A stretch of DNA of 64,000 bases from Balanoglossus misakiensis (Eukaryota > Animalia > Hemichordata): NCBI GenBank assembly GCA_040954595.2, contig CM082587.2, forward strand, positions 713,622 through 777,621, read 5' to 3'. Positions 52,801 through 64,000 of this stretch are shown here, piece after piece (the first letter of the stretch is position 1; each line of letters starts with the position of its first letter). The translations under genes were made by a program, and so were the position numbers. The notes beneath the pieces were generated by a model. That model was not told where the DNA came from and made no database searches. It saw only the letters and a list, made by a program, of their open reading frames with translations.

Positions 52801-55086
52801 CTCTAGAAGTCCAGTATCTTGCCAGGTTGTGTCGCAGACAAAGCCCGACTAGACAGACTATATAACTAACTGCTCCTCGGACCATTAAGGTCACAAACAG
52901 TATATGACGGCTGCTCAGATCAGATGATTTCAAGAGTTGACTGTTATGCCAGAAATTGTTTTTGTCAAATTTGCACAAAAATGACAGGGAAAACTGTGAT
53001 TGCAGACCCTAAATTGTGAGTTTAACGCACTTTAAATACAAGACAGGAGTGTCTGACCAAGCAGGTGTGATTTATCAAATGTTCATTCCAGCATATATGA
53101 ACATGAGTTCTTTGTGTGAAGAGTCTGGTTTCATTATGTCGCTGGGCATCTGAATGACAGGGGGATTTAACACTGGCTAGTGGCTATACATGCAAGAACA
53201 AGCTGACTAATAATACTGAACAGAACAGGAATTTATATTATTCAGCTCCACACCATTTTGTTAGTGAAAACATTTTAAGCACACCTGTCGGCCACCTAAA
53301 AAAATCGTGACTTCAGAAATCAGGTTTCAACAGGAACAATGCTGAGTGTACACAAGGGTCGTCAAGGTGAACTAAACCACTGTGACTAAACACTATATAA
53401 TATGTCATTTTATGAGTTGAACAAAACACTTCAGTTGATACACAGAATGAAAATACTGAAAACAAGATTTAGGCACAAGCTTTAATCTGACTGTATATTA
53501 TCTATATTTTTGACTACAACATGATTGGGTTGAATTCAGTTTCTCTAAAAGTCCACCAGAATCTGACATGCCATTGACAATCTCACGTAGAGCTGAGTAA
53601 ATTCTGAATTAGACATAAAAATGGTGTTGCCATGCCCTTATAGGTAATGTTCTAAATTAAGGCCGCACACCAAATGTTAAGAGCTAGGTCATTTGTTTAT
53701 GAGTTTACCACCTTTGTTTCCTTGGATACAATACCAACAAAAGTAAACAATTTCCACTTCTATGACTAATTCAACAGTAGAGCTTTTCAGAAATGTTGCC
53801 AGAGGAAGCTGAATGGTACCACGTCATACAGTATTCATTGTTTGTGATGACAGAAAACGAAATATGATAGTCTCCACATTGGGATGGTCAGCTGAAAAGC
53901 TTTTCCTGATGAAAATGTAGGTTTTTCAAAATTTGTTGGTTAATATGCTATGATTCTGAAATTTGTGAATGTTTAATAACAAAATTACAATAAAATGATG
54001 AACAAATTCAGACTTTACTATAAATGAACATTTCTCAGACATGTTATAACCCAAGTGATCAGTATGAAGAAATACTCATTAACTCAAATTTGCAAATAAA
54101 CTTTCCAGAATTTCAAGGAATACAGTTCATTCTTTCATGACCAGAGGACTTTCCTGAAGTGTTTTACATTATAAAATTCTGAGAATTTCCAGAAGCACAT
54201 GACTCCTACTGGTAATGGGTTTCCAAACAATACAGGATTTTAAATTTCATAACATATCCTTGTCTATATCCTTGTATGAACACATAAATTATGAATGTAC
54301 GGTAAGTCAACCACCTGTTGACTTAACCCTTGCGCCACATTGGTTCAGTCCAAACCCATTCTTTTCTGTGGTAGGGTTGGACCTTTAAAGAGGGAACTAG
54401 GGGTGAAAGGGTTAGAGCCAAAAACAAATCTTGTAATTCTTAAGAACAATGACGACATCTCTAAACGCTATATTTCTCAAATTTTCACGGGAAGAATGGA
54501 CCGTGAACGAATCGACGCGCCGCTCCAAACGCCCGCATTTAGCCTAACCCAGATATTACGGACGGCCGAATTTCAGCCACACTTCAATACTTAATTATAA
54601 CTGCTTAGTAGTTAAGTGACGCACTAATGTGCTTTCTTGGCGTCAAAATATGGATACAAGTTCTCTGTTTTTTGTAACTCAACATACATTGTTGTCGGGC
54701 TAATCAGATTTCAAATGTGAATTTATGACCAAATTATAAGCGAAAATCGCTTCACGCGCACGTCACTGCGACAACTATGATTCTCCACCAACCTGTTTTA
54801 TTTTTTTCTCCCTCTCTCTCTCTCGACAAATTTTACCACTACATTATGTTATTCGGTTGTCTTTGTAAATGCGAGCTCTAACAAAGCCATACATGAAGGC
54901 ATGATTAAGCAGAGTACAAGGTCGCGCGTACAATTTACAACACGCAAACACCACGTACCACCGCGTTAATGGCGATAGAGTCGCTACATATCCTTTGTTT
55001 TATTGCCCCATACACTTACCATACTTATTTTTATCCGAAACGCCACCCTCCGGAGCTACCTTGCTTGTAGATCCTGGTCGACTCAT
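46848..55086 (-). CDS. SLC44A2: Choline transporter-like protein (SLC44A2/4/5 clade), paralogue C; 20 coding exons
   Basis: Exon 1 55020-55086 [23 protein letters not shown]; [24 protein letters not shown]; [18 protein letters not shown]; same exon architecture as paralogue B; last exon 46848-46963 [37 protein letters not shown] stop. The symbol denotes co-orthology to vertebrate SLC44A2/4/5. Confidence 0.96.
54323..54415. mobile_element. ~90-bp TTAA/CCCT MITE copy in intron 1 of SLC44 paralogue C
   Basis: TTAACCCTT...GGGGTGAAAGGGTTAG; reverse-complement similarity to 35329-35420. Confidence 0.7.
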
Positions 55087-55866
55087 ATTGTTAAGTTGTC
55101 AGAATATCACAGCAAAATTCCCAACAAATGGTTATATGTATATCCTTGTGTCGTATACAGTGTAGTGAGAGCTATTGAATGATGTATCCGGCTTCTCTCA
55201 ATGTTTTCCTAGTAGGCCTACTGTGCAAATACTTCCCAACATGCACTCTGCCAGCACGCAATTAGTACAAGACTTTCGGTATAAACTCCGCCCGGGCCTC
55301 AACAAGATAAAATTAGTGTACCAAGGCAATGTTTCGAACCGTGGCGGAGCCTGTAATTTGTTTGAGCGTAAAAGCGCAATAAAAAGTCGAAGACCTCGGA
55401 TTATTTATGACCTTTCTGTTGACAATAGTCGCACCATAGGCCTATTCATACAAGTTGTGGTGACGTTTTTCTTTGCCTATCAATTATTGCTTTCACTTTA
55501 TTTTCATCGGAATATTCCAAAAACAAAATGCATACAACGCTTAAATGGAATAAAATCAATATTTTTTTGCAATGATATTATGTGTTCTGTCCCCCTCAAA
55601 ATTTGAAAACGGAATAGCATAGTAAAGCTTATAGACCTCAGAAGAAGAAAAACGGCTAGGCCTACTGGTATAATTTTAATGCGACATAGGAAATTCACAT
55701 TACCTCTTGATATAAAAAAAACGCTTTCGTTTTGTTTACGGAAGGGATGCGAGAAAAAGTTATTTGCGTTTCAAATAAATTCTCCAGAACACTACACATA
55801 CCACAAGAGAGAAACAAACCATTCTTTTATTAGAGTTGTTTGTATGTCTGGACGCGACGTCGCGTC

Positions 55867-56061
55867 TTAAAGGTATACAGTCACCTCCAATTTACATACG
55901 CCCATATATGGCTGAAATGGCGTATTTGGGCGTTCTAAAGAACATATGGTGGCGCTATTTTTTTCGCGTGTGCCACCCACTGAAAATCAGTGATTGGCTA
56001 GATCTCATTTTGCCATGGTAACTATAGCTAATTTTCAATGGGTGACCGTATACCTTTTTAA
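55867..56061. mobile_element. ~190-bp non-autonomous TIR element flanked by TTAA (Kolobok-like MITE)
   Basis: Left end TTAA-AGGTATACAGTCACC, right end GGTGACCGTATACCT-TTTTAA; 15-bp TIR with one mismatch. Confidence 0.75.
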
Positions 56062-57337
56062 CACGTCACCCGGTCGGCTGATCCATAAAAGTCATCCAAC
56101 ATAGGGCCTACATATACTCACATCATTTTGCACGTAATGCAAATATCATTTAATTAAAAGGCATAGATTTTATTGCTAGCTGCCGGTCCAGAAAGATTCA
56201 CCGCGCGAGTAAGAAATCTGTGATTTTAAAAATAATCTCACACAAATTGATATGTAAATAAATTCCATCTTTAATACGACAATTGGTACAATCATGTGTA
56301 TCACGTATTTATGTGTGTCATTTGAGATCAAGGCAATAAACCGCCGTATCCAGGAAACACTAAAGCACAAACATGTAAATGTTTACGCCGTGACGTCACG
56401 TTACTGTATCCCGACACACGTTCTTCTGTGCATATGATTCATGACCTGTGACGCGTCTGGGTTACTTTAAGTTCAAACATAATAGTACTTTGAATTCTAT
56501 GTTTAGATTTCCACGAGCAAAATTACTGAGTTGAGTCACTGCGGAAATATCCAGCACCCTCGCGTGTGGCTTTTTTAATGGTTGTAAAAGTTCGGGGATT
56601 GACTGTCCTCCACGATTACCCGAGCACTCGTTTCTGGTTCAATATAGCCTTGAAGTCTTCTCATCCACAAACAAGCTGTTATTTCTGCTGGCAATCAAGA
56701 ATTAATAAGCTTGTTGTCATACCCATGTTTCTTTACAACTTATAGGCCTAACAAACCGCAAAAGGAAAGATGTGACTTCAGTCAACATCACCAAAATTGA
56801 AAGTAGGCCTACACACACAGACCACAGTCGTGCACGGACGTTACAGCACAAAAATCCAGGCCGTTGTGACATTAACTAGGCTTAAAGCTTATAGAAAAAA
56901 CCCAGAGGGGCTCAGACTATAGATGTTTTATTGAGTCAGACAATAACGGCCCTGAGTATTACAAATGACCCAACGAAATAAAAAGGTACTCGTCACTGGT
57001 TGTACGCCCATTTCTAGTTTTTCATGATAATGGCCCATTGATGATGAATCATATATGTCCTTCATTTTAAGAGAGAAAGAGAACTCGCAGCGCCTGACAA
57101 AAGTGACTAGGGTGAATGGTAGGCCTACACATAGACTCTAGAGAAAGTGTTTGGTTACAGATAATACATTATTCTCATCGGTTTGGTGAATTGTATTGTT
57201 TATTTCTGTTATAAAAGTTACATTCGAAGCTTTCAAATTTGAAGATTTTTTTCTAAGTTTGTAAATAATGAAAAATGGGTAAAACACATCTGCTTAGGAA
57301 ATTCAATCAATGCAGTTTGTATTGGCGTCTTTTTTGA

Positions 57338-59934
57338 CTAGCAGACGCGGAAATCATCGCTTGTTAACTTTTTCTCTTTATCAATATCGGCACCATCAAC
57401 ATATCTAGACCAGGTGTTATAGACAGATGGATGGCTTGCAGACATTGTAGCTGTGTATGCAGTGCTCCTGAAATCACACAAGTTATTCACACGATTAATC
57501 GAATTAGTGTGGATTAACATAGGAAATGTTATTAGTGGCATCCTTGTTATTACAGAGAATAATGTTGAAATGAATAAAATACTGTCAAAAATGCCTGATT
57601 GCTTATCAACTTTACTTAGTTGTAAGTAACACTTACGATCTCAGAATTGGAGATGTTGAAAGCACGCCGTAAATCTTCTTGTCATTGACTTTGTCCTGAC
57701 CAATCTTAGTCATTGCTTTGTTGGCTGGAGTTCTGTAAAGTTTTGTAGTTGTTGGAAAGTCATAAAACATTAAACATTCACTGCCAACTGGCTTCGTATG
57801 TGTGCCTTTATTTTCTTGGCTCTGCCAGAGAGGTAGACTGGAAAACCCATCGTTTGAGGGCGCTCAGCCATACAGTATATGACTCGTGAAACTTTTTAAA
57901 ATTTCATTTACCTGCGATCATCACGAGATGGTGCTGGAGTCCAATGGTCATAGTTTGTTTCCACTAAAAACCATCTGAACATTAAAACCAGAAAACAACC
58001 TGTCAGCTGAAATAATGTCAGTCTTGTTTTTGCATTTAAAATGGTTCTTCAAGCATCAACAAAAATGATATTTGATTTAAAGTTTGAAAGAATGAATGAA
58101 CGAACAAATAACAACATGAATGAAAGACAAGAACACTGTATATCAAAATCCAGCCACCAAAAAAGAATGGGCAGATATCACCTGTTTTGATCAGTATCGA
58201 TATACCAAACATCTGCCGCGGATTTCCTGTTACGAGTGATGACAGCGCCCTCGCCAGGTCCAATGCCACCGACGATGTAGTATACAGGTGCGATAATTTC
58301 CGTAAATGCCAAACTTTCCACAGCATCGTGGAAATATTTCTGAGTGTGTAACGTCTGATGGGAGAAATAGGTATGATGTCAGAGTTTTCACAGGGTGGGA
58401 ATATCTGTTTTAGGTCTACTCTAATTAATGGCAATTAATTAATTACACATAAAAAGGATTAACAAGATTTGAGGATGGTATAAGAGAGAGAAGGCAGGGG
58501 GGACAGAAAAAGATAGGGGGCCAAGGGAAGAGAGAGTTAATATGGAAATATGGCGGTATACATACATCTCGGATAAGAAAGCTGACAAAGTACGATTTGT
58601 CTTTCAATAACGCATTAATGAATTCAACCAAGTTCTCCAAAATATTTCCAGAACCTGAAATGAAAGAGAATTGCACCTCTGAATCGTTTTTTGCATATTT
58701 GAGAGAGTGAAATATCTCAATAAAAATTCAATGGGGAATGTTGCATGTAAACTTCAACAGAGAATCGGCAAGAATAACAATTAAGTACTTCATATCTGAG
58801 TCCGAGTTTGATTCAATCAGGTATCAAATAAAACGATGCTTACTTCTCTGATCCGCCGACACTGTAAAGCCGTTTGGTTTCATTCCGGTCAATATTCCGG
58901 TGTATCCCAGGAAAGTTGTCGCAGTATATAGTGTCTGTAAAAAAAACGTTTTCAGATTGTGTGATATTTAAGTTCTATCTACGTGCATGGAAAGGAAAAA
59001 AGGCAGTGAAACTGAACATGTAATCATAATATTACCTCTCCATTTGTCTGTGCGTCATAAATTAAAGTGATATTTCTTAGAACATCGACAAACTCGTAGT
59101 CAAGGTTACGACCATGCCATATGGAGCCATTGGTATCCTGGGCAACGATACTTGTGCAGAAACTATAACATAAATTGCAATATGTGACATGACCAAGTTC
59201 ACAATACAACGTAACAAATGAAAAAGCCAACTTTAAAAATAGGCCTACAGGTGATCATACATCCCACCACTACTAGAATCTATGCCACGCAAAATATGCC
59301 AGTTTAATTCCAGATCAAAGTTCATATTCACACAACTCACGCTGTTACATCGTAGATGATATTAAGTGCCACTAATTCTCCAAGGTTCACATTTGCATAT
59401 TTTGCAATACCCTGGATTTCTTCCTTGTATGGACTTGGCAGATATGTATCGATGTCTTTGGCGATCTTGTCTACCGCTGGTAGGAGAGCTTGTGGAATGT
59501 ATCTCCTGTAGAAGAGATACATGTATTTTCATCACAAATTTACTTTGAAAGTAAATCTATATAGCTATTTCCTAGATTTTATCCATGGTGATATGTGCAT
59601 GTAGTATGATTGCTTCATATGGTGGTACCATATAGAACTCCATTATATGATTATAATTGAATGTTGTTTTTGCACTTTGTTCCTGTTTGCTGTCATGCCA
59701 ACTTTTACAGATCTTAATGTAGGTCACTTCAGTTACTTACTTGACAATAGAGTCAATATCTTTCTGTACCTCTTCTTTTCCCCAATAATCGATGATGTGC
59801 GACCATCTCTGTTCAGGTGGTGTGTCTAAGTTCAACACAAACCTGGGTGCTTGGACCTGCTTGTCAGCCAAGACGGAACCACCACCAATTACGAACACGA
59901 GAGCCAGAAGTTGCAGTGCAAGCTTACACGCCAT
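57338..59934 (-). CDS. NAAA: N-acylethanolamine-hydrolysing acid amidase (acid ceramidase family, Ntn-hydrolase), 9 coding exons
   Basis: Signal peptide [23 protein letters not shown]; [11 protein letters not shown]; catalytic N-terminal nucleophile motif F|[21 protein letters not shown]; [21 protein letters not shown]; [17 protein letters not shown]; [11 protein letters not shown]. Exons ~59741-59934, 59341-59506, 59037-59163, 58845-58934, 58566-58653, 58182-58354, 57913-57975, 57637-57732, 57338-57467. Confidence 0.92.
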
Positions 59935-60749
59935 GTTGATGGGGAAACTGTCACTGCGAGTGGCGAGATGTTTAATAATAGGTTTAGAATTTTGAACCTT
60001 GGTCTAAGTCCGCATAACACCCACCCCTAGACCCTGAAAGTCCACTCACCTTACGACGATAATATAGCACAGAGGGCACAGTTGATCTTGACTTATTGCC
60101 CCATATCCATAAACCAACTTGGCAGAGGTATTGTGTGGGAGCTATACTGGGCTTCATTTCACATCATGTTTTATTGATATCTTTGTGCAACAGATTTTAT
60201 AGTCCAGGTGCCTTGGCAAGTGTGGTGTATTATACCAGTGCTGCATTACATAACATGTGTTTATAGAGACTGTGCACTCGATCATTTTTTTCGGTCTTTG
60301 TAGAAGGTCAGACAAACCAGATTAATGAAACAAATGCTAATATAAAATGGGTCTCTTTATTTCAAAACTATTAAAAACTGTCACAAAAAAGTGGTCTTGT
60401 AAAACAGACACAATATGATCAGTTGGATTCATTTAAGTTTATACAATTTCTTCTCAACTGACAGAGTCAAGTCCAATATTTGTGCACCTTTGGCTTTCTA
60501 CAGTCGTAACAATGTTGTAAGTTTTGAAAAAGCAGAAGCTTAATTTCATGAAAATTAAATAGTCATGATTGTGTCATCTACAGGAAAATAATTTGAATAG
60601 AATAATGAAACTATCAACAGTCCTGTTATTGATCTTATAAAATATAACTTGACTAAATGGTCTTTGTTTTCCGATTAACAATGCTGAGGCCATTGTGAGT
60701 GACAGCGAAGTACGGTCTTCATCATATGGACATCTGTCAGTTTTCACAT

Positions 60750-63470
60750 TCACCATCCAAACATATATTCCAGCGTTCTTGACATCACATTTGTATTTTT
60801 CTTTGGTGTGTTTGTATTTGGTGCAACCTGTAGATACAAAACAAATATCAAGGATTGAATGAAAAGGGGGCTGATCATCATCTGTCTAACCCAGAAAACA
60901 ATTACTTTGGTTATTGAATTAAATGATACATACAATTCTTCTCTGAATGAAATGAGAATGCAATCCTTTACCTCATTTTGACTGCTTGCTGCTTGATAGG
61001 CTGCTGTCAACGGCCTGATTGCAGGACTTCTGTAAGAATCAACTGGGACTTCATGAATTGTACTGGTGCTAATGTTTTGAGATGTGTTGTCACTACTTCC
61101 ATGCATTACACTCTGGTGGTGAAAAAATAAAATATAACTGGTAATATTTTATGACTCAAACAAGGATAGAAAAACGGAAAATGCTTGTTGTCAACAGACA
61201 CAAATATGGCTATGACACCAAACCACAAGTCAGTTGCCATGAATTTGACAAAACACTTACAAGAGATCTGATTGGCATATGTTTAAATGTCTTACTTTAT
61301 CTATACACGGAGTGACTCCAACCATGATGCTGTTACCAAACACTTTGCTGTTTTTACTGAGTGCTTTCTTGGCTTGAATTCTTGAGGAATATTTTATGTG
61401 CATCCAGTTGCCACTTGTTGCCACCTGAGAAAATTGTACAAGAGCAGACAACAGTTGTTCATAACTCACTGCTTTGCTGAGGGAAACTGATAGAGACTTG
61501 CATTATCAACTTTGATATTGAATTCTCTTATTGTACATGTACTGTTCTTCCAACAACTAGCACCACAGAACGTGTACTCACCACATGACTAAGAATATTA
61601 CCATATTGTGAAAATTGTTGAAGTATAAATGATGCAGCTGCTGGTGGAAAACTGAAATAAGAAAACACAAACAATTCATAATGCAATGGGCTGTAGGCTC
61701 ATTAGTTTGTTGGTTTATAGGTTCCTCCAATATGCTGCTAGGAAATGATAATTCAAAATACATTGTACGCCTGTGCAATATTAAGTGAATGGTTGACTGA
61801 CTGACACTTACCCAAACACAGTAACCCACGTGTCGTCTAACTGATCTTCCACAAAATCTTCCCTGCATGCAATGATAGAAACAAATCAGATTTGAACAGT
61901 AGTTGTGGGTTCAGTAGGCAAGGTATGAAAGGCTGAGTTTGCATCATGGTGTATGTATGGTGCCTCTCATCACTGCCATAGAAATGTGGCCTTTGGCGCT
62001 TGCCTATACATCCAACAGATAGTTGGAATAGCTTTACTGGTAATCACAGGTTTGTTGGATGAGTAGAAGTACAACTCTACTAGTACTGGTGGTCCCAATT
62101 GGCCTACCAATTCCCAAACATACAGCAAGTACTACACTCGATCTGTCTAAAGCCATGAACCTTACCCTTGTGTATAGAAAGGATCTATTTGTGCTGGTGA
62201 CTTGGTTACATCTAAATGAGAATATGCACCAGTGAAACTGCTACTGGTGCTCGGACTTGTAAATGTTGATGCTGATAAAAAAAAAAACACACAAAGTTTA
62301 GTAAAAGCTGCCATGTTGGTTCTGTCAAAAGATGTGTGTAGTTTGACAAATCACAATGTGTGCTTGCAAATTCTCTGACTACATCTAGACTACAGTATGT
62401 GCTACGTTTACAGCCAGGATTACCTTGTCTTGACACATTCAACCTTGATGCTGGTGTCTTTCCATGTATACTAGTGGAGAAACCCATGGAACTCAAATCA
62501 GACTGGAAAAACAAATGGAAGAGTTGTTATGGTTGGAGCCTACATTAAGAAAGGCTTCACAGAATATCATGACTGTCTGAAGAGGCAATATTTGCCATTT
62601 CCCCAAGAAAGATATCAGTGTGTGTGTGATGTACCTGTTTCATTTCACCGCTGGGTTCAAACAGCGCTGCTACTGGTGGAGCTCCTGTTTTGTCTTTGCC
62701 AGTGCTTGCCATACCACTTACACTGTGTAGAGAAATAACAGTCAAGATCTGGTCAGCGACAATGACTTCTAGAGCATTCAGGGGATATCTAGGTAAAACC
62801 CTATCACATGAATGTTGGGGGGGGGGGGGTGGATAGCACTCTGTGTGCAAAGTTAAATTGGGTTTTGCCTCATCTCAATTTATTAATATTTGTCTAGACT
62901 CTGAGATTGTAACTGTTATCATGCACATACATGTACATACCTCACATGTGATCGTGCTTGTGTCCAATCAGCTCGACTGTCTCTAGTAATTGAAGACGAT
63001 GATGATGGTGTCAAAACATGACTTCTAGACTGTGGTGGGCTTGATCCACCGCTGTGAGACCACAGTCTGACAGATGGTGATGACTGAAAACAATTGAGAA
63101 ATCTAGAAATTTACTCTGAATTCGTTGCTATGAGACCAGTATGTAGAGGGCGCTCTCTCGCTCAGAACAGTCACACAACTTTTTTCCAGATTTCTGTTCA
63201 TTTTGCACATGATATACTTACAGCAGGTGAAGACATAGAGGGATCACCCATCAAGTAACCTGGTAAATATTGTTGTTGATGACTACTAGTGCTAGGAGAG
63301 CTAGGTGAGCCCATGGTCATTGGCTCCAAACCACTATGTGAACCTGTGAAAGAAACAACCAGAATCTATGATGATGGTCATCCATAAAAATGCTTCGACT
63401 GTGGTTATTACCAAGTATTGAAAAACAACTAAATCAACACCGTGTGTTCACACATCGTTCTACCAGCCAT
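60750..63470 (-). CDS. NUP35: Nucleoporin NUP35/NUP53, about 11 coding exons
   Basis: MAG|[13 protein letters not shown]...[10 protein letters not shown]; KDKTGAPPV; [42 protein letters not shown]; [39 protein letters not shown] (RRM-like); [10 protein letters not shown]; diagnostic C-terminus LEYMFGW-stop. Confidence 0.96.
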
Positions 63471-64000
63471 GGTATTTGTAATGCTCAAAATCGCGTTCAA
63501 TAACCGCGTTCCGGTCATCAGCTGTCGGAACACTGACAGCCAGCATGGACTTCACGACACAGTCGACAAATATATGAACAACGAACGATGGACAGTTTCA
63601 ATCGTTTGATAAACTTTCAGCTTATAAAGCTACCGTTTTCACGTACCTGATATATCCATGTCTAATCTAGATATCGTATTTCAATTGTAATGAAAGCCGA
63701 AACGTCGGCAATCTGGTCTGTCTGCCCGTGTGTACAAGACAAGCACCCGACTGCAGTTCGATTTCAAAAATGGTGGCGAATCTATCCCATGATTCCGTGA
63801 AAACCGAGCTGGCTGGTTATGTCATTTTCTCTCGGGCTCTTCCTTTTACTTTTCATCGTCCCCATTAAAGTTTCTCGACACTCAACTTATTAGTTATATT
63901 CGAAAGAAAATGTGCTAACGCAAATACGATATTCACAGAAATATTACATTTTAGGGGTTTAAAGATATTGTGTTTATGAAAGCTGCTTAAAGTCTTAGGG

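Noticed and set aside
63770-63820. ATG in good context on the + strand (MVANLSHDSVKTELAG), a possible gene head-to-head with NUP35
   Set aside because: The donor is weak, the peptide is unrecognisable and the window ends soon after; more likely NUP35 promoter sequence

Overview
Eukaryotic genomic DNA: compact, intron-rich, AT-rich, probably from an invertebrate deuterostome (inference). Bases 1-9170 are a highly homogeneous 87-bp satellite array of about 105 units. It ends in an inversion followed by an older, diverged 87-bp layer up to about 9640. Bases 9650-24800 are CpG-retaining and homeodomain-motif-rich, with no recognisable protein gene but a chain of candidate minus-strand exons. Bases 24832-63470 hold seven spliced genes: RABGGTB (+), MORN5 (-), three tandem SLC44/CTL choline-transporter-like paralogues (-), NAAA (-) and NUP35 (-). 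Main observations: (1) one SLC44 paralogue has a U12 (minor-spliceosome) intron that is precisely absent from the other two; (2) two paralogues show patchy exon-scale gene conversion; (3) the RABGGTB-MORN5-SLC44 order joins the neighbourhoods of human LHX8 and LHX6, predicting an Lhx6/8 gene nearby; (4) the satellite edge is inverted and layered. Exon coordinates were read by eye and may be off by 1-2 bp.
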